A stretch of 63,580 nucleotides of DNA, filler included, from Octopus bimaculoides (lineage: Eukaryota), in NCBI RefSeq assembly GCF_001194135.2. It is 6 parts of 6 records of this genome, joined end to end, with 100 filler letters (N's around TTAATTAATTAA, not from the genome) between each part and the next. Parts side by side here need not be neighbours in the genome. Positions count along the whole stretch, not along the records: positions 46,271 to 61,651 come from NC_068981.1; positions 61,752 to 63,580 come from NC_068989.1; 4 more parts are not named here. One strand, given 5' to 3'. Position numbers and translations under genes: made by a program. Shown one piece after another: positions 51,417 through 63,580 of the stretch. The notes below the pieces were generated by a model. It was not told the origin of the DNA. It ran no database searches and worked only from the letters and a program-made list of their open reading frames with translations. Each line of letters opens with the position of its first letter. The first letter of the stretch is position 1.

Positions 51417-52620
51417 TACGAGGGTGAGTTAAAGGTAATGCCATTTTGTTTAGGACAGGTATAATTACCAACAAAGGAACATGTAACATACATCAAAATG
51501 AAGCTGGTCCTCTGTAGATCACATCCCTACTTCTCAACATAGTCACCGTTTCTCTCAATAGCAATGTTCCACCTTCGAATGAGAGCATATATCCCTGCCC
51601 CGTAAAATTCTGTTGACTGTTCTTTGAGCCACTTCTTCACTACAGTTTTCACTTCCTCGTCACTGGAATAATGTTTGCCTATCAAACCCTCTTTCATGGA
51701 GCCGAAGAGATGATAGTCTGAAGGCACTAAATCTGGTGAGTATGGAGGATGCGGTAAAGTTGTCCACCCGAATGAGGCGATTGTCTCCTTTGTCCTGATG
51801 CTTGTGTGTGGTCGAGCATTGTCATGCAGAAGGAGGACATAGTCGATTAGCAAGTTGGGTCTTACTCGTCGGATTCTTGCTCTGGGCCTCGTAAGCGTCT
51901 CAATGCAGGCTTCAGAGTTTATTGTTTTTCCTTTGGCAAGAAATCGACCAGAATGACACCTTGAGCATCCCAAAAGACAGTCGCCATGATTTTTCCAGCT
52001 GACTTTTGCGTCTTGAACTTTTTCGGTGGTGGTCATGTAGAGTGACACCATTCCATTGACTGCCACTCTGATTCCGGTTCATAAGGATGAACCCATGTTT
52101 CATCACCTGTTTCGAGCCTTCGAAAGAAGCTGTTGTCTCTTTGACTTTGTTCAAGAAGTTCAGTGCAGGCATTGACCCTGTCCGTCTTGCGTTCGGTAGT
52201 CAGCTCTCTCAGTACCCAACGGGCACACACTTGTGAAAAGCCAAGTGATTCGACAATGTTGTAAGCACTTCCATGGCTCACTTCAAGGTTTTCTACCAAC
52301 TCATCAAGAGTTATGCTCCTGTCTTCTCTGATCAGAGCATCTGCTTTTGCTTCATTGGCAGGATTCACAGAAGCGGACGGACGGACGACCAAAACGGGGT
52401 TTATCGGCTACACTCACAGTTCCCACCTTTTCATCTTTCAGACGATGGACCCACCTGCATACATTGCTATAATCTAAAGTATGGTTATCAAAGACATTTT
52501 ATATTCGTCGGTGAATGTTCACAAGGGTTTTGCCCTCAGCAACAAGAAATTCAATCACTACTCTTTGTTTTTGACGTAACTTTAAGGGGCAGCCATTTTG
52601 AATTTTCCTTACCAGTCTAA
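51417..52620 (-). mobile_element. Mariner (DD34D) transposon, nearly full-length disrupted transposase
   Basis: Probable ATG at 52596-52594. RWVLRELT, TGDETWV, LLLHDNARPH-34 aa-SPDLVPSDYHLF, stop near 51527. TIR TACGAGGGTGAGTTAAAGGTAATGCC next to (TA)n. At least one stop and two frameshifts. The second TIR is not visible. Confidence 0.95.
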
Positions 52621-53829
52621 AAAGCTGAAAAGTAAGAAACAAAATATTCCAGAACGTAAATGATATAACCATTTATAACTNNNNNNNNNNNNNNNNNNNN
52701 NNNNNNNNNNNNNNNNNNNNNNNNNNNNNNNNNNNNNNNNNNNNNNNNNNNNNNNNNNNNNNNNNNNNNNNNNNNNNNNNNNNNNNNNNNNNNNNNNNNN
52801 NNNNNNNNNNNNNNNNNNNNNNNNNNNNNNNNNNNNNNNNNNNNNNNNNNNNNNNNNNNNNNNNNNNNNNNNNNNNNNNNNNNNNNNNNNNNNNNNNNNN
52901 NNNNNNNNNNNNNNNNNNNNNNNNNNNNNNNNNNNNNNNNNNNNNNNNNNNNNNNNNNNNNNNNNNNNNNNNNNNNNNNNNNNNNNNNNNNNNNNNNNNN
53001 NNNNNNNNNNNNNNNNNNNNNNNNNNNNNNNNNNNNNNNNNNNNNNNNNNNNNNNNNNNNNNNNNNNNNNNNNNNNNNNNNNNNNNNNNNNNNNNNNNNN
53101 NNNNNNNNNNNNNNNNNNNNNNNNNNNNNNNNNNNNNNNNNNNNNNNNNNNNNNNNNNNNNNNNNNNNNNNNNNNNNNNNNNNNNNNNNNNNNNNNNNNN
53201 NNNNNNNNNNNNNNNNNNNNNNNNNNNNNNNNNNNNNNNNNNNNNNNNNNNNNNNNNNNNNNNNNNNNNNNNNNNNNNNNNNNNNNNNNNNNNNNNNNNN
53301 NNNNNNNNNNNNNNNNNNNNNNNNNNNNNNNNNNNNNNNNNNNNNNNNNNNNNNNNNNNNNNNNNNNNNNNNNNNNNNNNNNNNNNNNNNNNNNNNNNNN
53401 NNNNNNNNNNNNNNNNNNNNNNNNNNNNNNNNNNNNNNNNNNNNNNNNNNNNNNNNNNNNNNNNNNNNNNNNNNNNNNNNNNNNNNNNNNNNNNNNNNNN
53501 NNNNNNNNNNNNNNNNNNNNNNNNNNNNNNNNNNNNNNNNNNNNNNNNNNNNNNNNNNNNNNNNNNNNNNNNNNNNNNNNNNNNNNNNNNNNNNNNNNNN
53601 NNNNNNNNNNNNNNNNNNNNNNNNNNTATATATATATTCAGAGAGAGAGGTGGGGGGAGAGCAGTTGCATGACTGAGTCATTTGATTATTTCGTTGCCAT
53701 CATGTAACTAACTTGACTCTGTTTGCTCTCTGGATTCAAACTATTTAATCTCATTAATTATTAGCCAACCAATAACACGCCCCCCACCACAAGACTGCAC
53801 GACCAACGATATAGTTCAGCAGGTTTAGT

Positions 53830-54140
53830 CTGTTTTTTGTTCGTTAATTGAAACCTTCCTCAATAATAGCAGCAACAACATTATTGTCGTCGTCGCTGTT
53901 GTTGTTATAACCATCATCATTATTGCTGTTACTGATACCATCACCACCACAACCACCACCCCTACCCCCACTAACAACAACAACGGCATCACCACCACAA
54001 CCACAACCATAACCACCAATACCACCACCACCACCACCACAACCACCACCATCACCATCACCATCACCATCACCACCATCATCATCATTATCATCATCAT
54101 CATCAACAACATTCTCGTTGTTATTGTTATCGTATTATTA

Positions 54141-54171
<31 letters not shown>

Positions 54172-54250
54172 CATTATCATTGTTATTATTGTTATTATTG
54201 TTGTTGTTGTTGTTGTTGTTGTTATTGATATTATTTTCGTTATTATTCGT
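53830..54250. repeat. Compound trinucleotide tract (CAC/CAT/TAT/TGT series)
   Basis: Direct inspection. It generates the spurious poly-N/M/V ORF 53825-54556. Confidence 0.9.
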
Positions 54251-54326
54251 AATGGTTGAAAGGATATGACAAACAAACACGAACCCATAAAGAAGATGAC
54301 GAGAAAGAGAGGGGGAGAGAGAGAGA

Positions 54327-54377
<51 letters not shown>

Positions 54378-54394
54378 NNNNNNNNNNAGAGAGA

Positions 54395-54444
<50 letters not shown>

Positions 54445-54964
54445 ACGAGTGAGAGAGAGAGAGAGGGTGAGGGAAAGAGGGAGAGAGAGAGAGAGAGAGA
54501 GAACTACAAGTGTTGAGAAAAACGTTAAATGTCAAATGTTTACTCAAATGTTCCAAAGTCTGCAGGACACGTTCGATCCCACAGCTCGTTATTGGAAACT
54601 ATTTGGTCGAGCGGAGTATGTTCACTGTTCCAGTCACTTGCTCAAACTGTTTCAGCTCACAGATGTTGTTGTTGTCGTTGCTGTTGTTGTTTTGTTTTTC
54701 TCCTTGGATTCACCACTTAATGGCTGGGTGTGGTTTGGTGAGTGTTGGATGCTCTACTGGGTGCGCTGAGGGGGTGGAGTAGAATAGGGGCGGCGGGTGT
54801 TCGAGGTGGTCGGGGTGTTCGGCGTGGAATATGTGGCCTAGTTTTGTTTCCAGTGATTGTCTTTCCTCGTCACACACATCACCGACCGATGCGCACAGTC
54901 TGTTTGTGTATGTACGTGTGCGCCTGCGTATAACTGAGTGTGTGCGCATGTGTGCGTGCGTGTG

Positions 54965-55146
<182 letters not shown>

Positions 55147-56280
55147 TACATACACACATGCATGCATCATATATAGACACGTAATTCTATATATGTTTAT
55201 ACATGTACCTAATACATACGCATTCATAAACAATAAACATACAAACGTATATACGCCCCCCTCCCCAAAAAAAACATATATCTGTATGAATCTGCAAAGA
55301 CATGCATGTCGATGTGTGTGTGTGTGCGTACTTGTATGTGTATTTCAGTGTGAACGTGTGTATCTCTTTCATTTAGTCAAAATGGCGCCATAATTTGTTT
55401 TAGGAAGGAGGAAAAAAAACATTGTTTTGTAATCTTCAAACTTTTACTGAGGTTATTGACCTTTAGAGAGAAGGGAATTGTTTCAAGTGGAGATTGAAAC
55501 CTCATCTCTGTCTTCTCTAGTCGGAAGTTTGTCTCTATTCTGCACCGATATCGAAAATTTATCAATGCATACACAAATACATACATAATTACATAAACTC
55601 ATACACACACATATAGATGTAGACATACACACGTAGATACATATAGATGTAGATCCATACACACACATATATATTTATATATATATGTAAAATGCATACA
55701 TAGTTACAAACATATACATAAAAAGCACACGCCCCCACCGGACACATGTATCTGAGTGTATATATGTATGTTTATAATAAACAAAAATCTCTGTTTATAT
55801 AACCGCTTTATTAATCGGTTGAATAATTGCTGTGATTTATGTATGATTACTGGATCTGTCACAACCTGTCCACACCGACGCAATCATCCGCCAAATTTAA
55901 CTCACAGTTTCACATACAACCGGTTGGCTTTCAACGCATAATTAAAGGTAATATTCCAGCATGGCCGTAAGTGTGATCGTTGATACAAACCAGTGAGCTG
56001 AAGAACAGTTCCGCCTAAAACGTTACATTTCACTTCTTTGAAAGACAAAGAAGTCATTACATCTTGTGTTATCGTTATAATAACTTGTAATGGCTATGGC
56101 GTTGTCAGAGAAATTTGCTATTTTCTCTTTTCATTTTCTCTTTAAAATTTATTTTGACTCATTGATTTGCCACAACAATATTTGTATCGTAATGTTTAAG
56201 GTTTTTGTAATTGTATTCTTCTTTTATAACTTTTCTTCATCGCTTTTGAAATTTGAATAAATTTTACCTGCTTTCAGGCA

Positions 56281-56855
56281 TATGTGGTTTGATCAATAAG
56301 TATCCGAACTGTTGCTATAGTAACGAATCTGAAGCACGCAGAGTAAAGCCGCTTGACACAGTCTGACCGTGAACTCTGTTGTGCATGCGCACTAAGTTTT
56401 AACGTTCTAGCTCACTTCTACTGCTTACAGAAGTGAATGGAAGGAACGTGTGTAGCGTGTGATCGCCGCATTGACCATGACAGAGAAAATCGAGCAGAGA
56501 ATCTACATCAAATTTTTCTAAAAACTCGGCGATACCTGCGCAGAAGCGTACGCAAAATTTTCAAGAAGTTTTCATCGTTCTCGACACAATGAAGGAGATT
56601 TTGTGCAACTGAAACCCAAGTGTCCTTTTGGTCAGCTGAAAGAAGTTTTGGCACAAACTTGGCAGACACTCGTCTCATACACAAATCTTCAATGATAACG
56701 GAAAAAACTGAATCGTAACTCATCTACACATCCTTTGATAACTCACGGATGGTGATTCGAAGATTTCCCCTCACAGCTACACGCACATCTGCCATGTTTT
56801 CCTCGGTTCCGCTGGTTACAGGCCTCCCAGAACCTTCTTCAAACCTCGTACGATT
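56281..56855. mobile_element. Rearranged mariner relic (5' part on +, following part on -)
   Basis: Plus strand: MTEKIEQRIYIKFF*KLGDTCAEAY. Minus strand: SGRPVTSGTEENMADVR...ITIRELS...LCMRRVSAKFVPKLLSADQK...ENDENFL. Confidence 0.85.
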
Positions 56856-56938
56856 GATGCAATACCAGGTAAAAGAAAAAAAAAAAAAGAAAAAGCAGAC
56901 GAATTTGTCACACTACTTAAAATTTTATGCCTTCTATA

Positions 56939-57375
56939 AGGCGGCGAGTTGGTAGACTCGTTAGCACGCCGGGCAAACTACTTAGCAGTATTTCGTTTTT
57001 ACGTTCTGAGTTCAAACTCCGCCGAGGTCGACGTTGTTTTTTTTATTCTTTCGTGGTCGATGAAATAATTACCAGTTGAACACAGGATTTGATGTAATCG
57101 GCTTAACCCGCTCCCCGAAATTGCCGGCCTTGTGTTAAAATTTGAAGCCAATATTTTTATGTTTTCTATTTGTTACTGAAAGGCGACGAGCCGGCCGAAT
57201 CGTTAACAACCCGGATAAAATGCTTAGCGGCATTTCTTCCGTCTCTTTATATTCTGAGTACAAATATCGCTGTGGTCAACTCTGACTTTCATCCCTTTTG
57301 GGGTCGATGACATAAAGTACCAGTCAAATGCTTGGGTCGATATAACTGACTCGCTTCTTCCCTTCAAAATTACTG
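56939..57375 (+). mobile_element. Two tandem diverged family A SINEs (tail type 2)
   Basis: Two matches to the family A head/body, each ending in an aaatt(g/a)c(c/t)ggc(c/t)tt tail. Confidence 0.8.
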
Positions 57376-58631
57376 GCTTTGATCCCTGCAAGAGACTGAT
57401 GTCCAGTTAAATGGGAATGTTGTGATCTCAGTCATTTACACGCGATGGAAACCGGGTTCCCGGTATTATGAAACCCAGGATCCAAGAAAAAAACGTACTT
57501 AACATTTTATACTTAGAGTTTTGTACTTGCTGTTTTGTATTTATTTTATACTTACTCTTTTACAAGTTCTGGGAATGACTATGAACTGCATTCGGTATAG
57601 GTGTCCCTTATTCGGGAGTTTCAGAGTTTGAGAAATGTGGATTCACCTTTGTTGTAAAGTGGGGTCTATTTATAATGCCTGTCTCCTACCACTTTTCACC
57701 GGGAGGGGTATACAGTTTTACTATACCAGAACTTTTGAGTCCCTATTGTGGTTAGGTTTGCTCATACTCGAAGTAGTTGTACTCGTCAGGGTCCCACTTA
57801 TGGATTAGTTAGCGTATCACGAAATTGCCCCCCCCCACCAGGAAGATCATTCACAGACAGCCCGACCGATTTTGAACAGAGGATGCCCTACAGCATTTTA
57901 GCAGCTCATATAAGAGACAGTAATCCCATACAAATACTGCGTCTTGATAATTACCCTGCTGTGTAATTGAATAATTTAGTGAGCCTTTAAAAAATGGTAA
58001 GGCTACAAACCCCTACAGAAAACCAAGAGGGAGAGACCCTATGGCAGATATGTACAGTTATACTTAACCAATATCTTCGATGGCTGCTGCGAACGTATTG
58101 AATTGTCTTTCCTTTACGGTATATCCACGAGTCGAGAGAAGTAAAGTGTACTTGGGAGTTGGGCCCTTGCTTCTGAAAACAGCCCAGGTACAGCAGATGT
58201 GATCAAGTTACTGTTTCTGCAATACCGTCGAGCAGTGACGGAAAGGGCTGACCATATTTTTTTTATATTTGCTTATTCGTGTTTAATGTTTTCTGCTCAT
58301 GAAATTATCTTTTATCCGTTATCTTTTACATGTTTCAATCATTGAACTACGGACGTGCTGAGGTACCGCCTTCAAGGGTTTGAATCGAATAAATCGACCC
58401 TTGTAATTATATTAGGCTTGGCACTTGGTCTACCGGCCTTTTCTGCTGATCAACACCAGTTGTCCAACTCCAGTTATCAAACAGTAGGGACAAACACAGA
58501 CACAAAGACACGCACGCACGCACAAGCACACAGACACATACACACTCTCTGCCGCTCTGTCTCTCTGTCTCTCTGTCGCTCTGTCTCTCTCACTCACAGA
58601 CAATCAGAGAGGGAGGGAGAGAAAGAGAAAT

Positions 58632-58664
<33 letters not shown>

Positions 58665-58712
58665 TAGAGAGGTAATTGTACAGATATATAGGAAAACCGC
58701 TGTATCTTATTA

Positions 58713-60242
58713 TCTATATATATAAAAATGAGAATGTGTGTCTGTCTGTCTGTCTGTCTGTCTGTGTGAATCCCTAAAACTCGAGAACTACGCAACCAAT
58801 TTCATTCAAATTTTACACATGCCTTACTTAGGGTTCCAGTTGTGTTTTAGTCAAAAAAAAATTATTAACTTCTTGCAGAGTTCGAGCACACGGCAACATA
58901 ATATCTCCTCCACTATTTAAGTATTACGTGTCAAAAGTGAAACAAAAACACTCATGTCAAATACTTTCACTTTAAAAATGAAACTATTCCACTAACTGAA
59001 ACAATCACATTTCGATANNNNNNNNNNNNNNNNNNNNNNNNNNNNNNNNNNNNNNNNNNNNNNNNNNNNNNNNNNNNNNNNNNNNNNNNNNNNNNNNNNN
59101 NNNNNNNNNNNNNNNNNNNNNNNNNNNNNNNNNNNNNNNNNNNNNNNNNNNNNNNNNNNNNNNNNNNNNNNNNNNNNNNNNNNNNNNNNNNNNNNNNNNN
59201 NNNNNNNNNNNNNNNNNNNNNNNNNNNNNNNNNNNNNNNNNNNNNNNNNNNNNNNNNNNNNNNNNNNNNNNNNNNNNNNNNNNNNNNNNNNNNNNNNNNN
59301 NNNNNNNNNNNNNNNNNNNNNNNNNNNNNNNNNNNNNNNNNNNNNNNNNNNNNNNNNNNNNNNNNNNNNNNNNNNNNNNNNNNNNNNNNNNNNNNNNNNN
59401 NNNNNNNNNNNNNNNNNNNNNNNNNNNNNNNNNNNNNNNNNNNNNNNNNNNNNNNNNNNNNNNNNNNNNNNNNNNNNNNNNNNNNNNNNNNNNNNNNNNN
59501 NNNNNNNNNNNNNNNNNNNNNNNNNNNNNNNNNNNNNNNNNNNNNNNNNNNNNNNNNNNNNNNNNNNNNNNNNNNNNNNNNNNNNNNNNNNNNNNNNNNN
59601 NNNNNNNNNNNNNNNNNNNNNNNNNNNNNNNNNNNNNNNNNNNNNNNNNNNNNNNNNNNNNNNNNNNNNNNNNNNNNNNNNNNNNNNNNNNNNNNNNNNN
59701 NNNNNNNNNNNNNNNNNNNNNNNNNNNNNNNNNNNNNNNNNNNNNNNNNNNNNNNNNNNNNNNNNNNNNNNNNNNNNNNNNNNNNNNNNNNNNNNNNNNN
59801 NNNNNNNNNNNNNNNNNNNNNNNNNNNNNNNNNNNNNNNNNNNNNNNNNNNNNNNNNNNNNNNNNNNNNNNNNNNNNNNNNNNNNNNNNNNNNNNNCTTC
59901 TCTTGGAAGAGCCCTGCTTCTCACATGGACAACTGTATGTTGGCTGCTCAAGAGTGGGCAGCAACAAAAAACCTATTTGTATATGCTCCACAAGGGAAAA
60001 CAAGGAACATAGTTTACAATGAGGTGTTATAATCACAACAGCAAGATAGTATGTACATGATCACCTTCTTTTACGAAACTTCATTGACTTTCATATATTT
60101 ATATTGATATACATATATATACGTGTGTTTGGGTGCGTGTGTGTATATACATCTCTATATATAAAGATGATGCGTAGTCTAGACGGCGTTTTTAGATTTC
60201 ATTATTCTCTTTAACCCGGGCAACGCCGGGTATTTCTGCTAG
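58713..60242 (+). mobile_element. Helitron with both termini, internal gap and helicase C-terminal remnant
   Basis: 5' A|TCTATATATATAAAAATG. 3' hairpin ACCCGG-gcaacg-CCGGGT (60214-60231), then CTAG|T (60239-60243). 59897-60032 encodes EEPCFSHGQLYVGCSRVG (PIF1-like motif VI), then after a 1-nt frameshift NLFVYAPQGKTRNIVYNEVL*. Confidence 0.88.
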
Positions 60243-60896
60243 TATATGAATAAATCGATGACTACATTGATAGATCGATATCTATATATATGTATGTACG
60301 TATTATGTATGCATGTATGTATGTATGTCGTTGTTCGAAAAAAAGTTTGTTTTCTGTCTTCGTCTTTATGTTTTCGTTTCTCGTTGTGTTTAACGCTTTT
60401 TGTGATGTCCTGTACCCATATATGTATGTACGTATACATATAGATGTAGGTATGTACATATATTTATATATTATTTATGTTATTATTTATATAAGTATAT
60501 ATATATATATATATTATATGTATGTGTAGAGAGTTTTGCTGACAGCTTGATATATCGATAGGTGGTTAAACCAATAAATAGATATATTGACAGACAGAGC
60601 TAAATAGAGCTAAATAGAAAGCTAAAATTATTTTCTTGTTCATTAAACCAAGTCAAGCGTCTCACCACTTTACAAAACATTACACTTTAATCGTGGGGCA
60701 TTGTGAACGTTTTGTATAAAGTTAATTGCTACAAGCATTCGATTTGTTTTGCTGCTCGTACGAGCTTTTCTTGACACAAACGGATATTGAATGTCTAAAA
60801 GGAGAGGGAGACAAAGATGGTGGAAAGTAACGTAAGGAAAAAAATCAACAAAAAAAAAACGAAAAGAAAAAGAAAAGAAAAGAAATAAAGAGAAGA

Positions 60897-61535
60897 TTTT
60901 GTCTGCCGTTATGTTCTGAGTTCAAATTCCGCCGAGGTCGACTTTGCCCTTCATCCTTTCGGGGTCGATTAAATAAGTACCAGTTATGCACTGGGGTCGA
61001 TATAACCGACTTAATCCCTTTGTCTGTCCTTGTTTGTCTCCTCTATTTTTAGCCCCTTGTGGGCAATAAAGAAATATATATATATATGTACGTATGTGTG
61101 TGAGTGTGTATGTGTGTGTGTGTGTGTGTGTGCGTGCGTGTGTGTTTGTGTACGTGCGTGTGTGTAGGCAGGATTGTTAGCACTTCGGAAAAATTACCTT
61201 ACGATATTTGTTCCAGCTCTTAATGCTCTGAGTTCAAATCCCTCTGTGGTCCACACCTTTGCCATTCACTCTTTCGGGGTCGTTAAAAGGAGGCACAAAT
61301 CCTATACTGAGGGCTGGTGCAATCGACCAACCTCCGCCATTCGAGATTTCCGGCCTTGTGGCGAAATTAGAAATAATTGATCGTGGTTGTGTGGTTAGAA
61401 GTTTGCTTCCCAGTAACAGGATATTGAATTCAGTTCCACTGCGTGGCACCTTAGGCAAGTGTCTTCTACCATAGCCCCACATTAACAAAACCTTGTGAGA
61501 GAATTTGTCAGATGGAAACAAAAAGAACACTGTCG
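60897..61535 (+). mobile_element. Cluster of SINEs: family A tail 1 (about 60897-61075), family A tail 2 (about 61170-61375), family B (about 61380-61535)
   Basis: Matches to the family A and B sequences seen elsewhere in the window. Confidence 0.85.
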
Positions 61536-61567
<32 letters not shown>

Positions 61568-62974
61568 TGTATGTATGTATGTATGTATATATATATGTAA
61601 ATATATATATATGTGTATGTATATATGTATATATGTATGTATATATGTATGNNNNNNNNNNNNNNNNNNNNNNNNNNNNNNNNNNNNNNNNNNNNTTAAT
61701 TAATTAANNNNNNNNNNNNNNNNNNNNNNNNNNNNNNNNNNNNNNNNNNNNATGACCAGCAATGAAAGACCACAACCGTATTAGATGAATAACAGAAATA
61801 TTTATTGTAGCGTTAAAGATGTATGTGTATGTGAGAGTGTGAATGCGACATATAAGAACATAATAAAAGACAGGCCGTCATACAAAGAAAAGTGTGTATG
61901 TGAGTGATACATGTATGTGAGTTATTACAGCAGACAGAAAGAGAGTCAATAACACGTGAGCATTTATACCAGTTCTTTGACTACACTATAGGAAAAGTCT
62001 GTATGTGAAAGTAGTTGAGGCTGTGAGTGTGGCAGAGCGATCACTAGTTGTGATGTGGTGGCTATCTCCTTGTGGAATTTTTATACGAACTGGTTTTCTC
62101 CATCTCAGTGTTTTAAGACTTTTCACAGTCTGTTACAGACACTTTTACTATGTTCTGTGTTTTTTCTCACACACACACTTGTGCACTCATACATTTTCTT
62201 TCCTTTCAGTAAAAACAAACACTCAGACTTTCACATTCCGTGATTCCAGTTCCATGACAGTAGTCATCAAGATTTGTTTTCTCATTGTCTCATTTGTTTT
62301 TTACTAGGTGGCATTTACTGCCCATATTGCATGTTTTTCTTTCATTCCTTCAATTTGTACATTGCATGCATGTATCACACGAGTGTACATTTCATTTCTT
62401 TCATTTTTCTTTGTGTGTGTTTGTGTTACATCTTGTGGGTGGTTTTCAGTGGCCATTCTGCCTCAGACGTTCCAACAGAATTTCATATTATCGTGCGTTC
62501 CGCACTGGCAAGGGAGCCCTGTAGTAACGCTGTGCGCGGAATTCAACAACCAAGCTTTCCCGCTTCATTCTGTCTCTTTCTTGCTGGCCAGCGATTGAGC
62601 AAGGACGTGTTTAGCTGTCGCTCTCCATCTTTCGAACTTACGCTAGACAGGTCGCTCACATCTACAAACCAACGTCCCAACAACCATGCTTACACACACA
62701 GAAGACGTAACAACAAACAAGAGCTAATGATGTATATATTAACCACCTTGAATAAATGTTGTTTGTGTTGATAGTCTGGAGTTCAGCGTTCCGTTAATTC
62801 TTAACATTATATAGGAAAGTCAGGTATACATCTAATGATGTATAACCCACTTTCCACTAAAGCTGTTTATGTTTTTATATATATACATGTATGCGTGTAT
62901 GTGTGGATATGCGTGTATATATATATATATCTGTGTGTGTTTGCGCGTGTATGTAGATGTATGTATATGTATAT

Positions 62975-63023
<49 letters not shown>

Positions 63024-63580
63024 NNNNNNNNNNGTGTGAGTGTATGTATATATATATGTGTGTGTGTGTGTATGTATGTGTGTGTGTATGTATGTGTGTG
63101 TGTGTGTAGGTTTGTAGAAATGTATGCATATATGTATTTATTTATTCGAGTATATGTATGTTTGTGTGTATATATGCGCATACACATAAGTATAAATGAT
63201 TATATACATTCATCTCAGTATTTTTGTAGAAACACATGACTAACCCCCTTTACGATCCCTTTTTATTACATAACATTCCTCTCCAATTTTTATCGGATTT
63301 ATATCATCCTATTTTCTCCCAACTCTACACTCTGAATTTTCTTTCTTTTTTCTTTTTTCTTTTCTTCTTTTCTTCCCTTCTTGTCCAACGTACTATCTGG
63401 TAGCGTCCTAATCTCCAACGGTCTTTTCAAATAAATTACGTTATAATCTTCTCCAACTATAGTTCTCATATTCGGTTATAATGTCTTACGTTTAAGCTGG
63501 TTCCCATACATTTCCCTGAAGAGAAGTTTACATTTCTAACATCGCCGCTTCCTATGGATCGCATAAATTGTAATTCTTCG

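Noticed and set aside
58071-58172. AG...GT-bounded stretch reading KQGPNSQVHFTSLD, like legumain KSGPQDHVFIYFTDHG
   Set aside because: It lacks the catalytic DHG and the similarity is at chance level.
63490-63515. 26-nt micro-exon-like AG...GTAAG segment
   Set aside because: No legumain-like reading and no other support. Such site pairs arise by chance.

Overview
AT-rich eukaryotic genomic DNA, very dense in microsatellites and transposon relics. The SINE families and repeat landscape resemble Octopus (cephalopod) draft assemblies; this is an inference from recalled sequence, not a search. The only well-supported host gene is a fragment of legumain (asparaginyl endopeptidase, family C13) on the minus strand. 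Three exons are visible: 45335-45269 (catalytic-Cys EACESGSM), 44792-44674 and 42510-42409. All three lie in one 3.8-kb block bracketed by artificial 100-bp gap markers (N44-TTAATTAATTAA-N44). The other exons are not visible. Most of the rest is mobile DNA: RTE, CR1/L2-like and R4/Dong (RLE) LINEs, Penelope-like relics with minimal hammerhead-ribozyme-like motifs, two mariner copies, a hAT relic, Helitrons, MITEs and at least three tRNA-derived SINE families. Nearly all ORFs in the supplied track are artefacts of N runs, microsatellites or TE relics. I found no convincing wholly new system. The best second-look items are the legumain exon structure, the hammerhead-like motifs, and several rearranged or target-specific insertions. 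TE boundaries are approximate unless termini or TSDs are quoted.
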